From Lingula anatina (lineage: Eukaryota > Animalia > Brachiopoda), in assembly GCA_051362555.1 (NCBI GenBank), contig CM120640.1, forward strand, positions 33,685,967-33,749,966: DNA of 64,000 bases, written 5' to 3'. Shown piece after piece: positions 22,401 through 35,456 of the stretch (positions are counted from its first letter, which is position 1; every line of letters begins with the position of its first letter). The translations under genes and the position numbers were made by a program. The notes beneath the pieces are model-generated. The model did not search any database and was not told the DNA's origin. It saw only the letters and a program-made list of their open reading frames with translations.

Positions 22401-25400
22401 TGTGGCCTTGACGGAGAAAAACTATGATTAATTTTCTGCGCCTTGTAATAAGCATTGGGACTCACACCTTTCAAGCAACCCCCACGCCCGGTAGCCTCTG
22501 AATGTCTTGATGAACATAAATTTGTTGTATATTTTATTGATAAGTCGAGTCTGTATTGCTAGGAACCAGGGCTATCGGACCACGCGAAATTGTAATTAAC
22601 CGTGTGCCGCAAAATCGTTTGATTTTTCATTCACCACAGACAATGGTTGACGCGGAGTTGTTTCTAAATCACCGAGTAATTTTCAACCAAATCTCCCTCA
22701 TATTGACACTATTACACATTGATTGTAAAAGAACATCCAAATGATAGACTTCAAATTACTCGGTCACAGCAATTTCTTTTGGGGAGAAACGTGCGAAAAT
22801 CGCATGGTGTTACATTGTAATTTGTGGTGTTTACAAATGGCGGCCGGCGAAGTGTATTTTTTATGCCTTTGCTGTGAAACTGAATATTCGACTGGTAAAT
22901 GTTTCTGTCAGAGTATAGGGACTGGACGTGTCTTATGTTATTTTAATGATGATACACACAAAATGTTGATCTTTGCAGGATTTTCCCCTTTTTGTGAATA
23001 CTGATATGAAATGCAAATTTGAATTTTTTTTAATCCAACATTTGGAATTTCATAATAGTTGTTGTTGTTGTTTTTTCATTTTTTTTTTCTTGATTTTATT
23101 GAAACATAAACGGTGTGAATGCAATTTTTATAGCGGCAGCGTTGATCATATGTCTGTCTGCCTTATTCTCAGCAGTAAGACGAGTTTAATAAAGACATTT
23201 TACATAGCCCCCTGCGCCAAGTCGCTTCTAAAATATCACATTCTTTTTCAGATTATTCGGGACCAAGTGTGCAAAATGTAATCTCGGATTTAGTAAAAAC
23301 GACTTTGTGATGCGAGCGAGGAATAAGATCTACCACATAGACTGCTTTCGTTGCGTGGCTTGCAGTAGACAGTTGATTCCAGGAGACGAATTCGCGCTTC
23401 GCGAAGATGGATTATTTTGCAAAGCAGACCACGATGTAGTGGAAAGGGCATCCGCTGGCGAGTTTGTCCCACATAATAACAACAACAACGACCCCAGGGT
23501 GGGGCCGGGCGGGCAACTGACGTCTACAAAACCATGTAAGTATAGGTTTAACTCTGCCTCCCTGGTATTCTCAAGACGGCTGAAAAATACACAAAATTTA
23601 TCGGGGCATGTTTGTGTATATTACGCGTGCTGTCAGACTTGTAGTGGTAGGGGAGAAAATCTAGCCGCGTCAGGGTTGTATATAGTTCTGCCATATAAAG
23701 CAGCGAGCGCCGATTTTAGATCATTTTTCTGGTTTGTATATTTTTCTGCCATGTCGTGTATCCGGGCGCAGACTGCAGAGCTGTGGTAGGTCCGAACGCG
23801 ACTAGATTACACAAACCAAATGGCCCGTGAACGACCTCGTGCCACTACCTGTAGCCGCACCGTATCAGCCTTCATACCAGGCATCCTCAGGGGAGCGTCC
23901 CGGCGAAGCACCCGATAGGCCACGGGCTACCTGGCCGTTACGTCATGCAATTTTCCATCGTGTAACTTTTCCGCGGTTGCTTTTACAAATTTGATTAAGG
24001 CATAAGCTGGTCGGGTTGTAGAAGAATCATTTTCCCCGAGAGGACGGGTCGCTTACCTCTGGGCTATCCGCGCGATCAGGTTCCTTTTGTGCGGCACCGG
24101 CTTCAAAGCAATCTGTCGACTTGATAGAATTTCAATCGTTTTTCATCAAACATTTAATCAATAGACGATTTTAATTTCATGAAGGCAGAATTTATTTACC
24201 TTGAAATCCCCGAGGAGATGTCTTCATTATATCCTGCAACATATTTTCCCGCATTTACTTTGCGGAATATTGCATTATGTATCGGCTGAGGCACCATAAA
24301 GAAGATTTATGGCCTGCATTCACACTAAAAAAATTAATGTTACCGCCAATCCAGATCTAATCAATGTCACTGACTAACAAACTCTGGAGAAATAATTGAG
24401 TTTATTTCCACTTAATTCTATTCCAATTATTCTCATCTTTTCTCCTTGTTTCTTCATTGATAATTTTTCTGTATTTCGTTGTTTATAAAGTCGAGAGCTC
24501 GGATTGTTTGGTAGTCCTATTGATCAGCTCGTCTCTGTGGATGATTCATTTTTCTGCGACTTAAGTACTGGATTTAGTTTCTCCTCTTATATCTCCACGT
24601 AGTATTGTTTGTACTCACGAGTCGGGTTGCTGATACTACAAAAACACACATACGTGATGAAATGTAGAATTTATCATATTTTTCACCAGCGTTAATCCCA
24701 AGGTATAGCAAACATTGCTCGGGTTTTTCTTTTTTGAAGAAAAAAATTCTCTTACTTCCAGGCCACGATCAACAAGGACCAATGCCGACTAGCGGGAGAG
24801 GTCGATCACACAAAGAGTCAAAGACAACACGGGTTCGAACGGTTCTCAATGAAAAACAACTGCACACGTTACGGACGTGTTACGCTGCCAATCCGCGCCC
24901 GGACGCCCTTATGAAGGAACAGTTGGTCGAAATGACCGCTCTGAGTCCCCGGGTCATTCGGGTGTGGTTCCAAAATAAAAGATGCAAAGATAAAAAGAAG
25001 AGTATCTTGATGAAACAGATTCAGCAGCAACAAGAAAAGGTAAGATTGATTGTTTATTTGTTTGTTTGTTTTTTGTCATGTTTACCCATGATATATATCC
25101 AAGAATATTTTTAAAGAAAACCCTAATACTTGGAACGCGAAGGAGTCGTGTATTTTCTCATCTTGACTTATGCTAACAATACAAGGTGTTTGATAAAGGG
25201 TTGAAAATATTTTAAGAATGTTTCCGTTCAAAGATGAAGGAAATTGATAAGAAAATCTTTAGAATTGTGCAGAACAAAATCCCCAAATGTCTGTAAAATT
25301 TCACAGGAGCTGTAACCAGTATTGATCAACAGGGAGCTGCACGCAGCCCGAAGGCGGAAGCAATGCCCCTCAAATCGCGTGTTGCTTGAAAACTTGGAAA

Positions 25401-28400
25401 TCATTTTTAAGTCAGTGCTCCGTGGAAATAAAAAAGACTGATTAGTAGTTATGCTCATGTGTGAAATACGAGATAGAGAATAGATTTGGAAGTTAATATT
25501 CCTTGATAGTTGATAACACACACGATAATCTAGTGTCGGTGACACGGGAACATGAAAATAAATTGGTTGATATATACTATAGGAAACACGACTCTGGAAG
25601 ATATTGATCTCTGTTGCCAGTGATTAAAAATATTAATTCTCAGCTTTGTCTGCTTTCTAACCATGCATACAATTGTTTCTTTGAAAAAACGTAACAAAGC
25701 GATCGCAAGTGTGTCTACGCATTCGGCGCCTTTGCATTCAACACGTCTGTGTGCGCGGATAATTCATCGGACTAGAAAATTAAATTCTGGGTAAAATGCA
25801 CCGCCGAAATTTCTCACATCCAGCTATTACCCAACAGTGTTCGTGCTGGTATTTAATTAATTTTGAATTATCATCCATAACGTGCACGGTTACATGTCCA
25901 TTAAATTTTTAATCTTCATTGGCCTCTTGACAGCCCCGATCAATGCCTAATTAGCGGATAAAGTTACAAGGAGGTAACTGTTGAACGGTTCTAGCGTAAG
26001 ATCATGAAATTTGACCATTTTAAGCGTCCCAAGAGAGACCGGATCGGTCCCTAACCAAGGCCTGAACACGCAAAGGGGGATATACAACATATTGTTCGTT
26101 GATCGTGATAATTGTACTCTTCGGGCGATGACGATTAGGGAAAATAAATATCAAAACAAACAAGGAGAGCGCAATCCCGCCCCCCTTCGGCACGCGTATG
26201 CGGTGTTGGTTTATTTCGTAACGATCGCGAAAATTCAAGAGGCTCGCGTGCTCGAGGGTAATTACATGAACAATATAAATAAATATTCGACACCCAATCA
26301 TCGGGACTTCACCAACAAAGGCCAATTAGCCGCCTGATTAATTAAAATTCATAAGAGTATCCTTTTTCAAAAGAACTCTCTTAATAAAGTCGGTGCTGAA
26401 TATACAAGTGGCCACAGACTTGCTATTCGAGTGGATAAGGCAAGCTAATCAAAGTCAAGTTAAGATCTACGAACTGTTCGATTTTTTTCTACGTTGGATC
26501 GCAGCCTTTAGTCTGCAAGTAATACTTCAGAACAAACACTTGAATACATTTTGGCCGATGCATTCGTGTTTCATTCTGATATAATGATATATTTCAAGAT
26601 GAAATATGACGTTATGTATACATTTATATAAGTCGACAAGAACATATATGTAACATGTTTACATATAAATACGCGCGCACATATATAAATTTATTGGCAT
26701 TACATATATGTTTGCCTGTCGACATGAAACGCGATGTTTCATTCATTACAAATACAAACGAATCCCATAAATATTACATTTGTGTATGCAAAAATATTTC
26801 TTCGTGCTATTTTCTTTGACAGTTTAAATCAATCACCAAGGGTGTAATAAAATGGACATGCGATTGCTCGTGGAAACAAATTATGTGAAATGTCTGTGAA
26901 AGTGAAATATTTGTTCACCTTGATTATTTTATTCCGAAAGGTAGAATGATACACGATTATGTAAATTTGTCGAGGCGGACGGACGATATGAATCAGCTGG
27001 CGTAGTGCTTGCACAGATTAATTAGTCTAGCTGGGCATACAGATCAGGAAAATATAGAAACGGCTCAGTTCGCCATAGGCACGATCGATCTCGTAGAATA
27101 TTTACCAAAATCGCCGGGTCAGCGGTAAAGCTAGTTGTGCCTCATTTATTATGTCAACAAACCTATTGCTCGCCCTAGTTTTTGTCGAATCGAGAGTTTA
27201 CCAATAAACACTTATTAGTCTTTCTCTTTCGAAAATCGTCGTTAAACATCCTGTACATTTTTTTTTATTCCCATGCCATTTTATTTTATTTTTTCAAAAT
27301 GGACGTGAGTGACCAGACAGTTTATAGGTTCAGAGTTTTAAGCTGAAAATAACGTACCACTAGTGGGAACAAACCAAACTATGCAAGTTTCTAAAGTATT
27401 CGTTGAATTGAATTTCATTACCTCCTTTTCACAAGACTAAAATTACAAGGTCGGGTTTTAGACAGTGTCAAGAGTGACAAGTCTATAGTCCCCAAATTCA
27501 AAAGAAGTTTTTTTCTAGAGGACATTTAGCTACAAAAGGCACTAACTAGAAGGCGGGATAAGTCAAAACTCTTGCTGTGCTTCCAGCCACATGCGCCGTA
27601 ATGAGACGTTGGCCATTCATTAGTGGTTGTTACTATCTATTGTAGTGAGAGTTTTAAGTAGCCCATTACACCTAGACTTGGCTGTGAGTATAATCGCACG
27701 TCATTAAAAAGCGGCAAAGAAGATTAACCGTTATTAAATCACCTTGAAATTAATTAGGTATAGAACATGATTGTTTTGTTTGTTTCTTAAGTTGTCTGAA
27801 GAGATTCTCCTAATCATTTCCTTAGAAACACCTGTGTTGGATATGCAAACACAGGAGGCCCCTCTAGTTCGGACTCAATCACTCCTATTCTAACTTAATT
27901 AGGCCCAAATCTGGGGTGTTGATGCCTTTGTTCGGGCTTATCGATTTCTGAACAGCAAATACATGCACATGTTGTTATTCATAGCCCTGCTCTTCTCCAT
28001 CTTTCCCTGAAATGCTACATGTGCCCATAAGAATGAACTAGAGGAGTGCAGCTTTTTACCGAGAACCATTGCTCTCAATAGTTAATTTTCCTGTGATGGG
28101 TCGTCTATGATCTCGCGTGGGAATTTTATATCTTTTTGGCTCCACGTATATGGACGTACGGTAATCTAGGTTATAGTATAATTTATATAGCAATCAACAT
28201 AGCCGCTGATGATTATTTTACGCCTTTGCGACCCCATTATCCTGGATTATTTGTTCAACTTTGCCACCTGAAAATGGGAGTTTATTAATTATGTGCCGCA
28301 GCACGACAGCTCATGGTCCTGTTACTTCTTTCAATAAAGACAAGAATAGGCAATTATCTGGTGACACGCGTTAAAATGTGCCGAGAGACGTTGTTTTCCT

Positions 28401-29145
28401 TGTATTGTGAAAAAGATTAATTTTATCTGAATACAGGAGGCGAAAAAGAAAAAAAAGAGTTTTAATGTTTAGGGATTTAGTAGAAAATTCACAGATTATG
28501 AATATGGGGATTACAATTGAATATTATATTTGAAGAGAAGTTTGAGCTTTTGCGGTATTTTATTATTGTTATTTTTATATAGTTTTTAATGATATCTTTA
28601 ATTACCATACATTTAAACATTATCAAAATTATTCTTCTTTTTTCAACTATTAAGATAAAGCCCATCTATTGTATTTCGTCAGCTATTCATTGGTGTGATC
28701 TTTCACGTTATAACATTAATTTTCAAGTAGCACATCAAGAAATGATATCCCGAAACAAATCGCCGATAAAAGGCACGTCTTTGAAATACGTTTACTCGAT
28801 TCTGATTCTTTGCTCCCTGTGCAATGAGTGTTCCTCATCTCCCCAAGGAACCAATCAATCATATGCCTTATGCTAATGCTATCATAGGGTTGTTGCCGAG
28901 GTTGGCTATTAGATTTGTCCCGTCAACTACAGGCCATATCAGTCATCCATGCCCGGAGAAAATCAAGTTAGGACTTCTGTTTAAATGACAACAACACACG
29001 GTGATTAAATTTCCGAGACCAATTTTTCAATCTTTACGACCAAGAAGATTAGTTTTAATCTTTTCTTAATTATCTTCTTTCTTATTGAATTAAGTAGTGA
29101 TGCTCAATTGTGCGACGATTAGCCGATCGAAATTCTTTCATGTTG

Positions 29146-29187
<42 letters not shown>

Positions 29188-32100
29188 CACCGCTCTTTTA
29201 GACGACACTACAGGGATGTTAGTTGATGTTAAAGTTGACCAACTCAATACGGTTATGGGAGCGACGGATGCAGATTCGGTGAATATAGATATTCTTCTCC
29301 TTTTAGAAGCCATGTTGTGTGTCACCGTCTGGGTGACATTTAAAGTAATAACTTCTATAGCTTTAGAATCGAGGACTCTTGCGGTGCCGCAACACCGTGC
29401 TTTCTATCCCAGTGCAGTTCATTAATAATAGGGAGGGTATCGTTTAAAATAATATTTAAGGTAGAAAATCAAATATGTTTTACATAAATCGTGAAATGAT
29501 TATACAGCGTATTCAAGATTGGTGGGCTTAAGTAAACACGATGTCGATCTGCGTTATTTACCTTTCCCTCTTTTGTGTGGGACATGAATGAACAGTTTTC
29601 TGACTGGCATGGCCATATGCTCTGGTGGTATTTAAAAACTCACGCAATCCCAACATCTAATACAACTTGCATAACGTCTAGGTTCTAAAACGATTATTTT
29701 CAAATAAAAAGAAAACAGACAAGGATTTTCTTGTGAAATGAATTTTTGGATTCATTTGCAGTTGAACTAGATCAGATTGGATTGCCATTGAGGGCCGCGG
29801 TTATATTTCAGTGTTTTTTCTACGGAAGAAACGTTATCCCGGTTAAAAAAAGAACACATAAATAAACAATGAAATCGCACATTATATGATGAGTTCAGTT
29901 TAGAGATTCCCTAATGAACAAGTGAATATATTGATCACTCCTTATGGTTCGGATTAAACAGTTAACCCCTGTTTTGTGGGTAGTTCTTCATACAAAAAAA
30001 GCATCGACCAGTAGGAGTATTTATTCATCATGTCAGTAATAAACGATGAAAAATTGATGGCGCTTTAAAAGATTTTCTGTCGGTCGACTTTTTAATACGT
30101 ATTTGGATGCCGCCAAAATATTTGCCCTAAATCTAGAAGTTCTACTGTTTAAACGTCCGGGCGTGCTTTGTCGGGTTCACCGGGGTCAATTCGCAGAGGG
30201 TTGACGCAAACCTTCCGTTTATTTATGTCTTAGAATTTCGCCTGTATACATAAAGGCTGATATTTTTTGTAAACACTGCCTATTTTTGTCGGGAACGTCT
30301 GCCTATAATCTCACGGGGTCGATCGATTGGTGTGCGACTGAGAAAGGCAGTGCGAGGATTGAACTGAACCGAACAAAACCGCAGCCTGGGGGTTAAAAAG
30401 AAACGTCTGGTTTTGGGGGTGGTATTAAGGCCCAGATCGTTACCGATTTCCTCGGAGGTGTGGCTGGTTGTTTCCTGAACTTTTCCACCATGGCCGTATA
30501 GATCGGCGACACAGTGTTAGGCAAGGGGGGGTTTGTGATCGATAATATATTACAATGGGAGAATTAAACTCTTTGCGGTTTTTTTGTTACAATTGTCATT
30601 GTGTGCTTATCATATGGACTCAAAAGTGGCCTGAGGAAGTTTGCACAACAAAATGCAAGTCAGGTGTCATCCCAATAGCGAATTTATTTAATGAAAAAAT
30701 CATGACATACCATTCATCCTTAGAATTGAATTTTCAGATTAGAACAGAAAAGGAACGAAAGAAAAACAGTATTGTTCTTTAGTATACTGTATTATTACTA
30801 ATGACAAGTATTTCAGTGTGTTTGTTGCCTTTTCACGCAGAGAACGACAAAACACATCAGCTTTCTGGTAGATTTCTCCAATGTGAAACCAAGGCAATTT
30901 ATCTGGAATCTATTTAGATCTGATTCCATATTAAAATAAACCCACCGTTAATTACTGAATTTAGGATGCAGGTATTCGGTTATGCGCTCCTGCACGGGCG
31001 ATGCAGCCACTTACCAAGCGTATTGCAATTGCTATTCCTTCCTGTATGGTAAACTTCACGTCTCTTGTTTTATCTCTCCTGTTTTTACATGGAAAAATAA
31101 CATAGCGCGCATCCTACATACGGCGTAACCAGACTTTTAGTTATACTGCCAGAATTGTAGCCACATCTCACAGGCTCACAAATTTAGCAAAAATTGTATA
31201 TATTGTAATTTTATTTGTCCAGGAAATTCAATAGGTAGCATGTCTTCATTTTTCATAACTCTGGATAAAATATATGAAATCTCTGTCTTATTCTATATTA
31301 TACATTGTTATTTGAAGTGTGTGGTATAAATATTTCAAATGATAAAAATCAGAGGTGACATATTTTGCTCACCTTCCTATTCATTGTAATGAAACGTGTA
31401 TTGTAATGAACATACACCAGTTGAGTTCCGCTATTAGATTGAATTTTATTAATAGCACTTTCATTAGATTTGGTTATTTGTTATTCTCTGCAGTCTCTTT
31501 GTACATTCAATTTAGATTGTGTTCTGCTTCAATACGTCGTTAATTTGGGCAAAAATCATCGAAATAATTGAGTAAGAAGCTTGTTTGTATTTTCTGTCAT
31601 GCTCGCCGCAGTGCAAATTGCAAACAGAGTTAATCGAACGTCTTATTAGACTGTCTTGTATCGTCACTGCATTTAGTCACTTTCCAAAAATATATATATA
31701 TAACCCATGAAGGTGCATTTCAGCCTAACTGCTTCAATTTCTCGTCCAATGCGTTCCCTTTAACTGAGGTCGCCATAATTTTTACTGCATTTTAAAGTTC
31801 ATCTTGAATACCGATGGCTATTTTGTTCAAGATTATAAGCTGTTAATATCGACGGATTTCTCAAGCACTGTCCACTTTTTTCCCCCTTCCAGAACGGCAA
31901 TCGGTTACAAGGACCTCTTCCACAGGGCGTTCCCATGGTGGCGTCCAGCCCCGTACGTCACGAGAGCGGCATGCAGGGAAACCCGGTAGAAGTCCAGAGC
32001 TATCAGCAGTCCACCCCGTGGCACAAACTGGCCGACTACGGCGGGATGCAGGGCGATATAGACCAACCACCCTTCCAGCAACTGGTAAACACTTTTGTTG

Positions 32101-33989
32101 AGTGTTCTGACGATGATGATACGGTTGTCTGCATAGAAGAACGGATAACACGGTAATGCACGTCACTTTGTGTGACGGTCGATGGGCTACGGTCACGTTG
32201 AAAAGTATGCCTAGGAACACACTCAATCTCATTTAAAAAAATTATTTTTTTTGGATTTTACCCTGTAGTTATCGTAATGTATTGATATTCTGTTTTGAAA
32301 AATTTGCATTTCTTTGCTTTCGTCAAAGTACGCCAAAATTTTCCGCAGGGAACAATTCGCTTATCAGCAAGTCCAAATTAATTTTTTGGATTCGTTCAAT
32401 TTGGTGAATTAATGTAGTGGCAAATTGGCATTTAAACAAGTTGTGATGAGGTGAATGCTGGGCAGCTTGTCAAATTGACCGCCTCGATTTTGTTGTCCCT
32501 AAATATATATGTTCCTAAGTTCTTTGACCGCAACCCCCGACCGTTGTACCACGAGATGTGCATAGTGATTGGCAGAGCACTCACCGCTTTTTCGTTTGCA
32601 CCTTTCTTGACTACTCCTTTGTGTGTCTCCGTCCTTTGCTGAGAGCACCAGCACGCAATAACAAGTAGTAGAACACGTATTAATCCTTTTGCAGGGCGGG
32701 ACGTAGCGTAGATTTAACCCTTCTACCTTTACTGACAAAATATCAAACTGGAGTGTTGCGTTAATAGGAGTTTTTGGGCGAGTAAATATTTAGAGGTTTT
32801 TTAGGGGCGAATTCGAAGGGTGATTCTCGGGAGTTTATCAATTCACTTGAACGAGAGGTGTTGATTGATGACTAGTTTGTGAGCATGGGTTCATTACAAT
32901 ATGATTCTCGAAGTGGGACTATTAATAGGTGAAGGGCGAGTTAATGAAATAATGAGCTCTTGAGCCAATCTTTGAAAGAAAGACTATCGAGAAACTATTG
33001 AAAAAATTATTGGCGAGATTCAAGCTAAATATTGCCTCTTTATGAATATTTATTTAAGGGCGATAACTCTCCTGAAATATTGACTCACGTTTATGAAATG
33101 ATGAACATGAATGTAGATGGTATGAGAGCCCTATAATTATCGATAGGGCATTTTAAGCGTCATCAAAATTAAGTCATTCCCCTTGAGTTCCTAAACATGC
33201 GATAATTTAACAACGCTGAAAGAATATTAATGATCCCGGAAATGGCGAATGCTTTAGCGTGCTGAGATTAAAAAAACAAAAAAAAACACGGCAACGTTGA
33301 GCTACAGGCCTGGTATATGTCTGTCTACAAAGTCAATGCTGCCGAAGCTGATTAAAGAGCAGAAAGGCCAGAAAAAAGCGGGTTCCAATTCAGGGCCGTC
33401 GTCGACTGGATGGCGTATGCCGATCTCGCAGCCCGACATTTGATCCAGAAAAGTTGGATTTCATCCCACGTTTCAATTATACCACGGCCGTCGAGTGAAA
33501 TCTTTCATATTGTTTGTTGATCTCAGCTGTAGGGGGTGACTTGAGACAAAGGCCAAGTCTGAAAAGAACACATTTAGAAAACTTTGTCTAGGAATGGGAG
33601 GCAGGCATAGTTTGCATGGCTACTAATGCTTTTCGTGTTTTCTTAGTCTGTTTTTTTCGGTGGTTTCATTCTTTATTAAATATTTTCTAAATATTTAAAT
33701 ATACTCTAACATATAAGGAAAATCAATAGAAGTGATATTTAAATTATGTCTCTGCTATAGACATGTTTTTAAATTCCAGGTAGACTCTTTGAAATATAAA
33801 GTGCCCAAAAATTCAAGATATTTATTTCCTTTTGAATTGCAGGTAGAGTCGTTCGACCACTGCGACACCGATGACTCGTATATGCCGTATTTGGGTGATG
33901 ATTCTAGTCTTAACCCCCCAAGCGCCACTTCCTCGGACGCCCACGATATCTCAAACTGTTCAGAAATGTCCAGCCCGACGAGCAGCTGA
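19445..33989 (+). CDS. Isl: Islet (ISL1/2, tailup) LIM-homeodomain transcription factor, complete, 371 aa; exons 19445-19469,20440-20629,23252-23535,24762-25039,31893-32084,33843-33989
   Basis: Two LIM domains ([29 protein letters not shown]...; CAKC...[34 protein letters not shown]), the Islet homeodomain [35 protein letters not shown]...[11 protein letters not shown], and the Lhx3-binding region [10 protein letters not shown]...NPVEVQSYQ. All introns are GT-AG, with phases as recalled for vertebrate ISL1. Total 1116 nt in frame. Confidence 0.97.
20440..20629 (+). CDS. Isl: Islet exon 2 (LIM1)
   Basis: ttccag| ... AG|gtgggt. Confidence 0.95.
23252..23535 (+). CDS. Isl: Islet exon 3 (LIM2 and Asn-rich linker)
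   Basis: tttcag|A TTA TTC GGG ACC AAG TGT ... CCA T|gtaagt. Confidence 0.93.
24762..25039 (+). CDS. Isl: Islet exon 4 (homeodomain)
   Basis: ttccag| ... AAG|gtaaga. Confidence 0.95.
29149..29185. repeat. (CT)n microsatellite in Islet intron 4
   Basis: Directly visible. Confidence 0.95.
31893..32084 (+). CDS. Isl: Islet exon 5 (LIM/Lhx3-binding domain)
   Basis: cccccttccag|AAC GGC ... PPFQQL|gtaaac. Confidence 0.9.
33843..33989 (+). CDS. Isl: Islet exon 6 (Ser/Asp-rich C-terminus, [11 protein letters not shown]...SPTSS*)
   Basis: ttgcag|GTA; phase 0; CpG-rich codon usage like the other Islet exons; TGA at 33987-33989. Confidence 0.8.
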   Translation, partial: VESFDHCDTDDSYMPYLGDDSSLNPPSATSSDAHDISNCSEMSSPTSS

Positions 33990-35226
33990 CTAGCCGTGGA
34001 TAAAACTGTCCATGAAGCGGACCGCGACGGACATTGCAACCATCACTGGACACTCAGCTCTGTGAGTGAGATACGTCAGTTAGTTTCTTAAACAAAAAGA
34101 CAATGAGCATGATGCAGTTTATGTCTTGAATCTCATTTTAAAAAAAGCCGTGTGACGGTATATTATCAGCAACAGTGCCAGGAGCGCTGAGCATAATTTG
34201 TACCTGAATACGCCGCGCGTTTCAGCCCAGGAGATAGGTGTGACAATAAAGAGAAAACAATGAGTTATTAATTGCAGACTATCAGACAATTTTTGACCAA
34301 CTTGGTACTTAGGCGTGAGATTGAGGCGTCAGTGTGTATTGATCCATGGAAGCCCAGATGTGTCAGCCTTTCGACCCGTAGATATATAGTAGTAACGACG
34401 TGGAGCAGTGCAATGAATGTGTATTTCTATTTCCAAGGTATCAGAGTTGGCCACGTGAAGGATTTTGTTATTATTTTTTAAAACTTGTTTTATTTATTTT
34501 CTGGTTAAATATAAGAATGTATGTGTTGGTGATTAACTTTTTAGTATAGAGAAGTTTGTAAATTGATAACCTCATGAAAGGCTTTTTGGAGACCACGGTA
34601 GTCTATCTCTCTCTCTCAAAGAGAAGCACGGAAAATAACCAGACTGAATGGGAATCTTTGACCAACCAAGTGTTTAATTGATCCATTCACATTAAGCTTC
34701 TTTTATTTGTGGATGAAAGAAAAAGAAAGATGTTGTAGTAGACTTTCCTTCAATTCCTTTTTATTTGTCTTAAAATCAGAGTCCAACAAAGGATAACCTA
34801 GAATCCTGGGAATTCCAAGTTTGATTTTCCTATAATAGGAATTCTTTCGGGGCATTGGTAATTGAATTAACATTGTGCATAGAGATAGGTCAGAATGCAT
34901 CGATTTCCCGGCGTGTCAGCTCACAGATTGCCTGTGGCAGAGCTCGAAACGTTTGCGGAGGTCTGGGCTGAATTTGAACCGTTTTCTTGCAAATATTTTC
35001 AAAAGTTTAAGACTAATATTTATATTGAATATTTATGAGACGCTTGCCGTCTGAAGAAAAGAAAAAAAATAGCTGCGCTCAATGAAATCGGAGGAAAATT
35101 CAGTCATTTGAGGTTTGTGGACTGATATTGAAATTCGGCTTCGGTTTGTGTGGTCTTGGGTTTTTTGTTACCTTTGTATAAGAAGGAGGAAAGTCCTATG
35201 GATTTTTATGCCTTTGAAATTGTAAA

Positions 35227-35456
35227 AATAAATGTATGACTTTTATTAATTTATATATATTATCTTTGTCTTTGTTTGGTCTGTTAATTGATTTATGTAT
35301 AATTTTCTTTTTGCTCGTGTATTGCCCCCCCCCCCCCAACCCACATTTAATAGGATTTTTATTTGAAAAATATGTACAATGAAAACAAAAGATGATTTTC
35401 ATATTTCTTGATAATAAATATTAAAAATAACTAAACAAATGAAAATAAATAATAAA
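35227..35456 (+). terminator. Probable Islet polyadenylation signals (3' UTR ~1.3-1.5 kb)
   Basis: Cluster of AATAAA at 35227, 35413, 35444 and 35451 after a U-rich UTR; one proximal AATAAA at 34245. Confidence 0.45.
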
